Shown: positions 38,796 through 48,692 of the stretch, piece after piece
Layout of the letters: every line of letters starts with the position of its first letter
How positions within the stretch are numbered: position 1 is the stretch's first letter
From: Candidatus Levyibacteriota bacterium
GTDB lineage: Bacteria > Patescibacteriota > Microgenomatia > Levybacterales > UBA12049
Length of the DNA: 64,000 bases
NCBI GenBank assembly: GCA_016204465.1
Contig: JACQKQ010000033.1
Coordinates: 858-64,857 of the forward strand
Reading direction: 5' to 3'
The notes under the pieces: generated by a model
Told to the model about the DNA's origin: nothing
Seen by the model: the letters and a program-made list of their open reading frames with translations, nothing else
Database searches by the model: none
Position numbers and translations under genes: made by a program

Positions 38796-39026
38796 ACTCC
38801 GATTCTCACCGCCTCTCCGATGTGCATCGGAGTAAGATAGCTAAATTCATAGCTATTTTGCACGGAATAAGACAGTCTTACGGCCATCTAGAGTAGTCAG
38901 GACTTACTTGACTATTCTATTGATAATATTATCACATTTTAGAGGGTTATTCAAGCACCAAAAATGCTTTGAAAATCTTCTTGTTAATGATACTATATCA
39001 GTACTCAAGATGAATTTTTTGAAATT

Positions 39027-39416
39027 TTACTGCGTTGCTTGCGAGCCGGAAGAAGAGGAAGTAGTGTATTTTTCGACAATGCGTACTAGGTCGTCTATAT
39101 CAAACGGTTTTGCGAGGAAGTCGTTTGCTTCAACTTCTTCTGCAATGCTTTTTGGGTCGTGGTTTGCAGAGATCATAATAATGGGAATATGTTTGGTCGT
39201 AGGATTTGTTCGAAGTATTTTTATAACTTGCTTTCCGTTAAGACCTGAAAGCCAAAAATCAAGCAGAATAACAGATGGAGAAAAAGCAACAATAGTTTGT
39301 GCAATTTTATCTCCATCTGCCAGAAGATGTACATCGTAACCCTTTTCTTCGAGTATTATCTTGATTACGTCAAGTATCGCAGGATCATCATCAACCACAA
39401 GCACACTCTTTTTCAT
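39027..39416 (-). CDS. single-domain response regulator (CheY-like receiver)
   Basis: MKKSVLVVDDDPAILDVI...LLDFWLSGLNG; the start overlaps the stop of the upstream kinase (ATGA). Confidence 0.8.
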   Translation of the reverse strand: MKKSVLVVDDDPAILDVIKIILEEKGYDVHLLADGDKIAQTIVAFSPSVILLDFWLSGLNGKQVIKILRTNPTTKHIPIIMISANHDPKSIAEEVEANDFLAKPFDIDDLVRIVEKYTTSSSSGSQATQ

Positions 39417-40873
39417 ACGGAATGTATTCTTGGAAGGGTAAAGTGAAATGTTGACCCCTTTGTCCTCGCGCTCTCTACCCAAATACGTCCCTGGTGCCGC
39501 TTTATTATTTCTGCGCAAATATACAAGCCAACCCCAAGCCCTGGAAAAGTTTCGCCGTTTGATCCGGAAATTCGAAAGAACCGTTCAAATACCCTTCTTA
39601 GATCTTCTTTACCAATCCCTATACCAAAGTCCGTTACACTCACTTTAACCATACTGTCAACTTTTGCAACGTTCACGTGCACCTCGTTTGATTTTGGTGA
39701 GTACTTCATCGCGTTTGTAAGCAAATTAATAAGCACTTGTTCAATACGTTCTTTATCTCCCGCAACGGTACACGCTTTGAGACTTTTAATAACAATTTTG
39801 TGCGATTCACTAATGCGCTGCATATCTTCAACAACCTCCTTGAGAAGTCCGTCAAGAGAAAATCTCGTTTTCTGAAACGTTAATTTCCCTGCCTGAATCT
39901 TGCTCACATCTAACAAATCAGCGATGAGATCGGTGAGCTTTTCTATCTGACGATCGATTTTCAAAAGAAACCTTGAGGACTCACTGTTCCCTTGTTTTTC
40001 CAGCTGTTTTTGCAGGATTTGTACATATGCTTTAATGCTTGTGATTGGTGTTTTTAGCTCATGGGAAGCAATGCTTATAAACTCATCTTTGCGCTTCTCG
40101 ACTTTCTTTCTCTCCGTCACATCATGGAGGATATTTATAGACATTAGTGGTTTGCCAAAGTCATCAAACATAGCGCGCGCTTTTATAATAACCCATTTTT
40201 CCTCGTTTGTCTGTTTGTTTCGATAACGAATGAGCGCTTCAGGATTTGTTTCTCCAAGCATTGCTTTTCTTCCCGGTAGCCGTTCAAGCGGAAATGGATT
40301 GCCCGACTCATCCATAAGTTCAAACTTTTCCATAATCTTGTCTGGCGGTGTTTTTACCATGTCCTCGCCTGTTGGAAACCCTGCCGCAATCCCCGCAGCA
40401 TTGTTGGCGTATACAAGCTTTCCTGTTTCATTTTGAACAGTTATACCGTCTGCAATTCCTTGTAAGATGACTTCCAGTTCATCCCGAGACTTTTGAAGCG
40501 CTTCTTCTGTCTTTTTCTGGTTGGAGATATCCCTTTTTATGCCAACATAGCAGAGTATTTTTCCGCGTTCGTCTTTGACAGCAAATGCGGAAAGATCTAT
40601 TGGTATTTTTGTTCCGTCTTTTGCCCGAATTTCATGGATGCCACGGTACTGATTGTTTTTTTGTAGCTCTTTGACGATTTTATTGAACGCGCGTTTCCCA
40701 AAATGGATTGCCGGCGTTTTCTGGTGCAACTCGTTGTCTGTGTAGCCGATAAGTTTTCGGTGCGCAGCATTTTGCTCAAGATAAAACCCTTCACTGCTAA
40801 TGATGCCAATGGCGTCTTTTGAGGCAAGGAATATCCGTTTATACAATTTGTCGTAAAACACTGGAAGTGCCAT
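39413..40873 (-). CDS. PAS-domain sensor histidine kinase
   Basis: HisKA H-box HELKTPITSIKAYVQIL, HATPase G-boxes (DFGIGI, GLGVGLYI), two PAS-like repeats. Confidence 0.8.
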   Translation of the reverse strand: MALPVFYDKLYKRIFLASKDAIGIISSEGFYLEQNAAHRKLIGYTDNELHQKTPAIHFGKRAFNKIVKELQKNNQYRGIHEIRAKDGTKIPIDLSAFAVKDERGKILCYVGIKRDISNQKKTEEALQKSRDELEVILQGIADGITVQNETGKLVYANNAAGIAAGFPTGEDMVKTPPDKIMEKFELMDESGNPFPLERLPGRKAMLGETNPEALIRYRNKQTNEEKWVIIKARAMFDDFGKPLMSINILHDVTERKKVEKRKDEFISIASHELKTPITSIKAYVQILQKQLEKQGNSESSRFLLKIDRQIEKLTDLIADLLDVSKIQAGKLTFQKTRFSLDGLLKEVVEDMQRISESHKIVIKSLKACTVAGDKERIEQVLINLLTNAMKYSPKSNEVHVNVAKVDSMVKVSVTDFGIGIGKEDLRRVFERFFRISGSNGETFPGLGVGLYICAEIIKRHQGRIWVESARTKGSTFHFTLPRIHSV

Positions 40874-40940
40874 CTATTTATTTACGTTAGAGTGTGTGCG
40901 TGAGAAAAAAAGAAAAGTACGGTAAGGAACGTGTAAGGGA

Positions 40941-43115
40941 CTACTGTGGTACGGTAATCGTTACAGAGAGAACAGGGTGTTGTATCCGGGGCTTTTTTGG
41001 GGTAGGCTTTGCTGTTTCTGTCGTTGGCTTTGGTGTTTGGGCTGGTGAGATTGTTGGTATTGTTGTTCCATCAGTAGGCAAAGGCGTTGCTGATAGATTT
41101 GGTGATGGAGTTTGGGTTTGTGATGGCGTAGCAAGCACACATGCTTTTTTGGGCTCTGTGCCTTCAAGGAAGTACTCTAATCTGGCCGACATTGTGGAAA
41201 CTGAAACAATTCGGCCATTTTGAAAACACAAAGATGTCGCAACAATATTGCTTGGTTTTTCAAATCGTTCAATGGGTGTTTCTTGTAGGAATCGTTCCAT
41301 AAGTTGTCGCCAAATTGGGGCTGCGCCAAGCGATCCGGCAACGCTATCCATAGGTTTGCCATCGTTGTTGCCCACCCACACACCAACAGCAAGGCTTGGC
41401 GTGTAGCCAATCGTCCAGGCATCCTTGTAATTTTCTGTTGTACCTGTTTTTACCGCTGCAGGACGCGAAATAGTAAGCGCGTTGCCAAATACTTCTTGTC
41501 TTGCATTGTTATCGGAAAGAATAGATGAGACAAGAAATGCAATTCCTTCGTCAACAACTGCCTGTGGATTATTCTTATGCTTAAAAATAACATTATTTTG
41601 TTTATCAAATATTTCGAGAATAGAAACTGGTTTGTTGTATATTCCTTTGTTAGCAAATGTGGCATACGCATTGGTCAGTTCAACAAGCTTTACTTCGCCT
41701 GCTCCAAGTACAAGCGATAAACCATAGCTTGACGGATTTTGTAACGTTTCTATGCCAAGCAGTTTTGCTTGTTCAATCGCCTTTGGAACACCAAGTTTGG
41801 CAAGAACAGCAACAGAGGGTACATTGAGCGAATTTGCGAGTGCGCGGCGCACAGTTACCCGTCCCCTGAAGCGTCTGTCGTAATTTTGCGGAGTGTAGAC
41901 TTGGCTGTCAAATCGGTACGTTGTTGGTTCATCTTTAAGTATGCTAACAGGCGTAATAAGTCTTTCTTCCAATGCTTTGGAGTACACAATTGGTTTAAAC
42001 GCGGATCCGGGTTGTCGCGGGGCAAGTGCTACATTTACTCTTCCAAAAGATGCGTTTTGCCAATTAATGCTTCCCACCATTGCCAATATTTCACCTGTTT
42101 TTGGATCCACGACAACTGTGGCACCGTTGGTTACGCCATTTCTTGCAAGAGTTTGCACCTGCCTTTCAACCGTGTCCTGCGCAAATTCTTGCCAGTCGCT
42201 CTTTAGCGTTGTTTTCACCTTAAAGCCGTATCGTGCGATTCTTTCCTCTCCATACTGTTTCATAAGTTCATCTCTAACCATCATTGCAAAATGCGGTCCA
42301 AATATATTGAGCCCGTCGCCCACATCATACAGCGTAGGTGTTTCGGCAAGCGCTTGTTCCATATTTTCTTTTGCAATAAATCCAAAGTTTACCATCTTCT
42401 CAAGGATAATTTTTTGGCGTTTTTTTGCTTGTTCAATGTTTCCCGAAATTGGAGAAAGTTTTGACGGTGATGGGAGAACTGCGATAAGTAAACTTGCTTC
42501 TCCAAGTGTTAGATCTTTTGCGTGTTTTCGAAAATACCGCAGGCTTGCATCCTCTGCGCCAAACGCGCCCTCGCCAAAATAGACGGAATTAAGATACATC
42601 TCTAAAATCTCGTTTTTGCTGTAGCGTCGCTCTATTTCTTGGGCGAGCACTAGTTCTTGATACTTTCGCAAGAAGTCTTTTCGCGAATTTAGTAATGCGT
42701 TTTTCACAAGCTGCTGTGTAATTGTTGAACCTCCTGACTTGAGTTCGCCAGACTGAAGATTCACAACAACAGAGCGAACAATCCCACGAATTGAAAATCC
42801 TGGGTGGTTGTAAAACTCTTTGTCCTCGGAGGCGATCACCGCAAACTGGAGGGTTTCCGGAATGTCCGATAGGGAAACGTACTGTTTGTGTTTTGCATCA
42901 AAGAGGGTAAAAAATGGCTTATTGTTTCTGTCAAGCAGGACAACACCGGTATCGTTGCGATTCATGATGCTGTCCTTTGTTGTGAGATCGTTAATAAAGT
43001 ATGCGTAGGTAAAAACTGGGATAACGAGGATAAGTCCGGTCATGCCGAGAAGGACGACCACGACCTCACTTTTTCGAATAGTAAAAATGCGATAAAACCA
43101 GCGCTTCATACACAA
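40941..43115 (-). CDS. bifunctional penicillin-binding protein 1A (transglycosylase/transpeptidase) with Thr/Pro-rich C-terminal tail
   Basis: GT51 motifs (EDKEFYNHPGFS, GGSTITQQLVKN), transpeptidase SxxK/KTGT, low-complexity TP-rich C-terminus. Confidence 0.85.
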   Translation of the reverse strand: MCMKRWFYRIFTIRKSEVVVVLLGMTGLILVIPVFTYAYFINDLTTKDSIMNRNDTGVVLLDRNNKPFFTLFDAKHKQYVSLSDIPETLQFAVIASEDKEFYNHPGFSIRGIVRSVVVNLQSGELKSGGSTITQQLVKNALLNSRKDFLRKYQELVLAQEIERRYSKNEILEMYLNSVYFGEGAFGAEDASLRYFRKHAKDLTLGEASLLIAVLPSPSKLSPISGNIEQAKKRQKIILEKMVNFGFIAKENMEQALAETPTLYDVGDGLNIFGPHFAMMVRDELMKQYGEERIARYGFKVKTTLKSDWQEFAQDTVERQVQTLARNGVTNGATVVVDPKTGEILAMVGSINWQNASFGRVNVALAPRQPGSAFKPIVYSKALEERLITPVSILKDEPTTYRFDSQVYTPQNYDRRFRGRVTVRRALANSLNVPSVAVLAKLGVPKAIEQAKLLGIETLQNPSSYGLSLVLGAGEVKLVELTNAYATFANKGIYNKPVSILEIFDKQNNVIFKHKNNPQAVVDEGIAFLVSSILSDNNARQEVFGNALTISRPAAVKTGTTENYKDAWTIGYTPSLAVGVWVGNNDGKPMDSVAGSLGAAPIWRQLMERFLQETPIERFEKPSNIVATSLCFQNGRIVSVSTMSARLEYFLEGTEPKKACVLATPSQTQTPSPNLSATPLPTDGTTIPTISPAQTPKPTTETAKPTPKKPRIQHPVLSVTITVPQ

Positions 43116-43268
43116 TATGTCTTATAAGGATAAGAGGTACGTGTAAGATGCGATGAAACATTTTGTAAGAATTAGATTAGCGACGCGCTTTTGCGAATGC
43201 GGGTTTTCGCGTCCCAAACAGTTCAAGGAGCTTACGAATGAGTCTTTTTACCACAATTAACCTCCTTT

Positions 43269-44327
43269 CTAGAAATAACGCCAGGTTTTGTATTTTGCAC
43301 GGAGTTGCTCTTTTGTAATAGCAACAGGAGCAAGACTGATGCTTTTTTCAAATCCTAAATCGAGAAGCTGCGCAGCCCACAAGTCTCGTTCAACAATGCC
43401 CGGCGCGCCAAGGAGGAGAACAAGCATACCTTTTCCTTCGCGGGTAGCAACGACAATGGTCGTTTTTCCCGCGGCTTCGGTATTTCCAATCTTAACACCT
43501 TGCACTCCCGGATACACTCCCAAAAGCCCGTTCCAGTTGTTAAGATAAAAGCGCTTATCGTGCCTTGCTGTTATATCTGCAAAATCTTTTCCGACAAGCT
43601 CTGCTAAAGGAGGGTAATTTTGCATGGCATAATGCGTAAGTATTGCTAAATCTTCAACGCTGCTAAAATGATTGAGGTTATCAAATCCTTGCGGGTTAGT
43701 AAAATGGGTGTTTTTTAATCCTAGCATTCTTGATTTTTCATTCATTGCGTTAATAAAAACAAGCTCGCCATACGTTACGTCAATGCCGTCTTGGATAGCT
43801 TTCGCTGCATCGTTTGCCGAGGAAAGGAGTGTAGCTGCCAACAAGTCACGAAGGGGAATTTTTTCGCCTGGCTTGAGCATAATTTTACTTGGCGCTGCTT
43901 TAGACGCTCGCTTCGTTACCGTTATCACATCGGTAGGCTTGGCAAGGTCAAGGGCTACAATCGCTGTCATTACTTTCGTAAGCGATGCGATGGAAAGCTT
44001 TGTTGCAAGGTTTTTTTCTGCTAAAACCTCACCTGTATCAAAGTCGATTACACCATATGCCACAGCTTCATCAAAGGGAGCGCTTGCAAAGGATTGCGAG
44101 ATAAGTTGCGTTCTTTTTTGCAATCGGAAGGAGGAAGGCTTGGTCTGCAGTTTTGGCCGGATTAAGTCCATTATATTTGCTTTTGCAGGGAGGGGAGAAA
44201 ATAGCTTTGAAGTTCGTATGTTGGTGTGTTGCAACGCAACAATGAGAAAAATAACAAAAAAGCAGAGCCAAAAAATTTTCCATCGTGAATGTTTTTTTTC
44301 TGACGAGAATGAAAATTCAACCTCCAT
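43269..44327 (-). CDS. serine-type D-Ala-D-Ala carboxypeptidase (second paralogue)
   Basis: SLTKVMT (SxxK), SANDAA (SxN), KIGNT (KTG-like). Confidence 0.7.
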   Translation of the reverse strand: MEVEFSFSSEKKHSRWKIFWLCFFVIFLIVALQHTNIRTSKLFSPLPAKANIMDLIRPKLQTKPSSFRLQKRTQLISQSFASAPFDEAVAYGVIDFDTGEVLAEKNLATKLSIASLTKVMTAIVALDLAKPTDVITVTKRASKAAPSKIMLKPGEKIPLRDLLAATLLSSANDAAKAIQDGIDVTYGELVFINAMNEKSRMLGLKNTHFTNPQGFDNLNHFSSVEDLAILTHYAMQNYPPLAELVGKDFADITARHDKRFYLNNWNGLLGVYPGVQGVKIGNTEAAGKTTIVVATREGKGMLVLLLGAPGIVERDLWAAQLLDLGFEKSISLAPVAITKEQLRAKYKTWRYF

Positions 44328-44330
44328 ACG

Positions 44331-45887
44331 TTAATAAATATATTGCTGGTAACCCCAAGCAAGCAATGCAATATTATATCCTTGATAGTCAGGGTTAATT
44401 GGGGTTCTTGCATCAATAAAATATCCTTCGCTTGCCAACCTTGCAATACCGTTGTCTTTAAAGTACGCGGCAAGAATTTTTGCTGATACTTCGGGTTGCA
44501 ACGCAAGGTTAGGATTTTTGACAAGCTCATCACCTACGCCAATACGCTGCCCCATTGTTTTGTAGTTGCGAAGATGCGTTAACTGAATAAACCCTCGCCC
44601 AAAATAGTTTGTTCCGCCTTCGTACCCAAGCCGACGAGCGTTTTTTCGACCCTTAAACTCTTCAATTGGTTCAAACGTGCCCGCTGTTTCGTGCTCGATT
44701 GTTGCAAGTGCGTACGCAAGGATATTTGGATCTAAAATATTTTCGTCCTCAAGTGCTTTTACAATAAACGGAACGTTTTTTATAGCTGCGGCGCGCGCTT
44801 GGAGAGGGACAACGCGTGAGACTCGTTCAATCGTCATTTGGGAAAGTGGCGTTTTTAGCGTATTAGCAAGCCGTAGGCGGTCAATATTTTCCTTTGACCT
44901 AGAGAACGGGTATTTGTCACCATTGCCGTACCATGCGGTTTCAATAACGGTTTTTTCTTTTGGAATGTACAGGGAAAAATCATTCAGCACTGCGCTGACT
45001 TTTTGCCAATAGTCATTTTTCTCATATCCATAGATAGGATTTGTTAATATGCCTTTCTGTGTCTCAAGTGGTGCAAAATCGTACGCCATGACAAAAATCG
45101 AATCTGCATGCGTTGCAAGCAGGTTTATATCGTAAAAAGCATTGTGCGAAGCTATGGTAGGTAGTGCGACAGTAACAGTTGCATATGGAAACCGAGCATG
45201 TACAAAATCGGTAAGATCCTTTACAAACTTCACGAATTTCTCTCTATATGCTTGTCCATTGCTTCCCTTGTATTCAAAATCAATTGCTACACCGTTAATT
45301 CCTTTTGTTTCTATTTCGAAAATGGCTTCTAAAGCAAGCGTTTCCTGAGCAAGTGGATTGTCAAGGAATTGCTCTATCTCATTGGTGTTTGTTTGCGTAA
45401 GGGTTGCGAGAACTGTTTTATTGCTTTCACGAGCATGTTGGAAGAATAATGTTGCCTGTTCGGAAGAAAAAATACTATATCCGTCGTTTTCTTTATCTAT
45501 AGTGCCGTCTTCCAAAACGGGCAAGTCAAAAAAAGCAAATATATCCGCATTATCTATATCTACGTTGTCAAATTTTGTGCTTGTCCACCCGGGAATAAAA
45601 GAGAAAAATTTAAGTGTTTTTTCTTGCGCGTTGAGATTGCCAAGGAGCGAGAATGGCGATGCAAGAGGAGAAATAAACGTGCTTGTGACTTTCATGCTGG
45701 CAGAAATGACAATGAACATGCAAAGCAAATCAATAGCTATGCCTAAAAGGTACTGATTTCGCTTATTGACAGTGACAGCAGGAGGGTCCCTCCATGAAAA
45801 TACTGCCTCGGAATAGGCAGTAGTGTTTTTTCTGAACAGCTTTTTTGCAAGACAAGAAGCTGCTTTTGAAAATTGTTGTAATAACAC
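44331..45887 (-). CDS. two-domain glycoside hydrolase: GH18-like N-terminal domain plus GH19/lysozyme-like C-terminal domain
   Basis: GH18 catalytic motif NGVAIDFEY (DxDxE) and GH19-like IEHETAGTF ... YFGRGFIQLTHLRNY; N-terminal TM anchor. Confidence 0.5.
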   Translation of the reverse strand: MLLQQFSKAASCLAKKLFRKNTTAYSEAVFSWRDPPAVTVNKRNQYLLGIAIDLLCMFIVISASMKVTSTFISPLASPFSLLGNLNAQEKTLKFFSFIPGWTSTKFDNVDIDNADIFAFFDLPVLEDGTIDKENDGYSIFSSEQATLFFQHARESNKTVLATLTQTNTNEIEQFLDNPLAQETLALEAIFEIETKGINGVAIDFEYKGSNGQAYREKFVKFVKDLTDFVHARFPYATVTVALPTIASHNAFYDINLLATHADSIFVMAYDFAPLETQKGILTNPIYGYEKNDYWQKVSAVLNDFSLYIPKEKTVIETAWYGNGDKYPFSRSKENIDRLRLANTLKTPLSQMTIERVSRVVPLQARAAAIKNVPFIVKALEDENILDPNILAYALATIEHETAGTFEPIEEFKGRKNARRLGYEGGTNYFGRGFIQLTHLRNYKTMGQRIGVGDELVKNPNLALQPEVSAKILAAYFKDNGIARLASEGYFIDARTPINPDYQGYNIALLAWGYQQYIY

Positions 45888-46075
45888 CGAGCAACTTAAG
45901 GCAGTGGAGAATAATAAAGAGGCTTAAGTTACAAGAGGTGGCATTTTAACACAAAATATTTTATTATGTCAAGTAAGAAATTAAAATTCAAGCAGTAGAG
46001 GGTAAGAAATTAGTAAGGGGACGGGTTTGGGGACGGTTGTGCTAGTTATTGTCAAAAGGGGATTTTTTTGTTAGG

Positions 46076-47542
46076 ATGTATGTCCTTGTGACACTGCCTG
46101 AAAATATTGCTTTTGTTGATGTCGAGACAACCGGTATGCGATTCTTGCGCGATCGCATTATCGAAATAGGTATTCTTCGGATAGAAAAGAATAAACTCAT
46201 TGATACCTACACAACGCTTATTAACCCTGGCCTTCGAATTCCTCCAGAAATACTTGCTTTCACCGGCATTTCACCATCAGATCTTGATAAAGCGCCGACA
46301 TTCCAGCAGGTTGCCGATGATATTGCTCAGCTCCTTTCTGGATGCACGTTTGCAGCGCACAACGTCCAGTTTGATTACAGTTTTGTGAGAAACGAATTCA
46401 AACGGCTAGAACGCCATTTCCAAGCACGCTACTTTTGCACCGTAAAACTCTCCCGTTCTCTTTTTCCTAGATTCAAATCGCACAATCTTGATAGCATTAT
46501 CGAACGTTTTTCTATTCCCTGTCCAAGGCGCCACCGAGCGCTTGATGACGCAACGGTGTTATGGAAATTTTATCAGCACGTCCAAAAATCATTACCAAAG
46601 AAAACAGTACTAAAATCATTTGAAAAAGTAACAAAACAGCCATCGCTTCCTACAAATCTTGAAACAAACGTCCAAGCCATTCCGGAGAGCCCTGGCGTGT
46701 ACATTTTTTATGCATCCGACAACACGCCGCTCTACGTTGGAAAAAGCAAGAATATTAGGCAACGGGTGTTTTCACACTTCTCAAGTAGCGAGCGATTTAT
46801 TCTCAAAATGCAGACAAGCGTAGCCCGAATTGAAACAATCAAAACTGCGGGAGAAGTCGGGGCGCTTCTTAAGGAATCACAGCTTATAAAAACACTCCAG
46901 CCGCTCTACAACAGGACACTTCGAAATAGAAAAAAGCTCGTTGTTTTGTCGCAAACGCAAGACAAAAATGGTTATTACAGCGTTGCGATCGAAGCGACAG
47001 ACGCCATTTCCAAAAGCGACACAGCAATAATCCTTTCTGTTTGTAAAACAGCTAGAGAAGCAAAACGGATTTTGGCAAACCTTGCGGAAGAATACGGTCT
47101 TTGCGAGAAATTGCTCTCTTTAGAACACACGACAACGTCATGTTTTGCCTATCGTTTGGAAAAATGTATTGGCGCGTGCGTTGGGCAAGAAAGGCCGATT
47201 TCGTACAATATGCGATTTATCCAAGCATTTGCAAAGACCCGGATTAGGCGGTGGCCATTTAAAAATCCAATTCTTATCGAGGAGGTGCATCCACTAAATA
47301 ATACTCGTGATTTTTTTGTTGTTGACAATTGGTGTCTTGTTGCGACAGGCAGTATTGACGAGAATGGCTTTTATAGTGGCAAAAGCTACGAATTAACCTT
47401 TGATAAAGATTATTATCAAGTTTTCCTCAAGACCCTTCTTTACAAACGACACACGCTTCGCATTACACAACTAACCGACCGTTATAGTCTTGATAGTGTA
47501 CTCTCGCAATTTTGTCAGAACAGCCTTGCTACTTTTTCTTAA
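46076..47542 (+). CDS. DnaQ-like 3'-5' exonuclease fused to a GIY-YIG nuclease domain
   Basis: Exo I FVDVETTG, DEDDh motifs (HNVQFDYSF, HRALDDA) and GIY-YIG (GVYIFYASDNTPLYVGKSKNIRQR). Confidence 0.75.
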   Translation: MYVLVTLPENIAFVDVETTGMRFLRDRIIEIGILRIEKNKLIDTYTTLINPGLRIPPEILAFTGISPSDLDKAPTFQQVADDIAQLLSGCTFAAHNVQFDYSFVRNEFKRLERHFQARYFCTVKLSRSLFPRFKSHNLDSIIERFSIPCPRRHRALDDATVLWKFYQHVQKSLPKKTVLKSFEKVTKQPSLPTNLETNVQAIPESPGVYIFYASDNTPLYVGKSKNIRQRVFSHFSSSERFILKMQTSVARIETIKTAGEVGALLKESQLIKTLQPLYNRTLRNRKKLVVLSQTQDKNGYYSVAIEATDAISKSDTAIILSVCKTAREAKRILANLAEEYGLCEKLLSLEHTTTSCFAYRLEKCIGACVGQERPISYNMRFIQAFAKTRIRRWPFKNPILIEEVHPLNNTRDFFVVDNWCLVATGSIDENGFYSGKSYELTFDKDYYQVFLKTLLYKRHTLRITQLTDRYSLDSVLSQFCQNSLATFS

Positions 47543-47729
47543 GCACCGGAAGACCGGTTTTTTTTACTTCAAGAACTTGAAATCCCGCTGGAAGGTTGTC
47601 CATTACACCGCTTCGCTGTTCGCGGGCAAAAAAGTATATTGTTTGCCGTTTTCCGCTTCCTCGAAGCGTTACGTCTTTTTTGTGTAGATAATATTTCTCG
47701 CCTTTTCTGTTCGTGTGTGTAAACGCCAT
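47529..47729 (-). CDS. hypothetical small basic protein
   Basis: ORF only. Confidence 0.3.
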   Translation of the reverse strand: MAFTHTNRKGEKYYLHKKDVTLRGSGKRQTIYFFAREQRSGVMDNLPAGFQVLEVKKTGLPVLKKK

Positions 47730-47984
47730 ATTTCACCTCCTTTCTTACATATTAGAGTATGTGAGTGGACATTATTGTCTTTTAGATCAACGCGGATTTT
47801 TTATCCGTGTTAATCCGTAAAGGCTCTCCTTTGGATTACACAGATACGTATTTATCCGTGAGATCAAAAACCGTTAAGGTTTGTCCAATCACATATAGTA
47901 TTATACCAGATACTCTCCTAGAGTCTCCAGATGAAACGTACAAAAGAGAAATGTAAGGATTTTGCAAGAAGAAGATAAAAATAA

Positions 47985-48013
47985 TTGAGAATAACTCATC
48001 TGATTGCTATAAT
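47985..48013 (+). promoter_or_regulatory. sigma70-like promoter (TTGAGA-17 nt-TATAAT) for the OmpR-family regulator; the ATG sits about 7 nt after the -10, so the mRNA may be leaderless
   Basis: Read from the sequence; spacing counted. Confidence 0.4.
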
Positions 48014-48020
48014 AAAGCCT

Positions 48021-48692
48021 ATGGTGAGCATGATTTTTATTGTCGAGGACGATTCGGGGTTGCAAAAATACCTTAAGGAGTTAGTTTTGGATAACGGGTA
48101 CGCTGTGCAAACTGCAGCAGATGGTATTACCGCACTCAACATGCTCAAAAAAACAGAGCCAGACGTTCTTGTCCTTGATTTAGGCTTGCCAAACTTAAGC
48201 GGCGAGACAGTATGTCTTGAAGTTAGAAAACGCTATCCGGAGCTTCCTATTCTTATTCTTACCGCGCGCGATGCAGTTTCAGACATTGTACAAGGGCTTA
48301 ATCTTGGCGCGGACGACTATATGACAAAGCCGTTTGTAGCAGACGAGTTTTTAGCGCGCATTAAAGCAAGGCTTCGCGGGAAAAATGGTGCAGACACAAA
48401 ATTAAAGGTAAACGACTTAGAGCTTGACAATAAGACCTTAGAAGTGAAGCGAAACGGGAAAACAATGACGCTTACGCCAAAAGAGTTTCAGCTCTTAAGA
48501 TACCTAATGAGCAACAAGGGCCGCATTTTAACGCGGGAGATGATCTTAAACCGCATTTGGCTCTACTCGCCGGACATCGAAACGCGCGTTGTCGACGTGT
48601 ATATGGGTTATTTACGAAAAAAAGTTGATAACGGCCACGACAAGAAGCTTATTCACTCGGTCCGCGGCTTTGGCTATACAATTCGGGAGTAG
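48021..48692 (+). CDS. OmpR-family response regulator (receiver + winged helix)
   Basis: MIFIVEDDSGL...VLVLDLGLPNLSG receiver; C-terminal wHTH (LTPKEFQLLRYLMSNKGRILTR...GFGYTI). Confidence 0.8.
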   Translation: MVSMIFIVEDDSGLQKYLKELVLDNGYAVQTAADGITALNMLKKTEPDVLVLDLGLPNLSGETVCLEVRKRYPELPILILTARDAVSDIVQGLNLGADDYMTKPFVADEFLARIKARLRGKNGADTKLKVNDLELDNKTLEVKRNGKTMTLTPKEFQLLRYLMSNKGRILTREMILNRIWLYSPDIETRVVDVYMGYLRKKVDNGHDKKLIHSVRGFGYTIRE

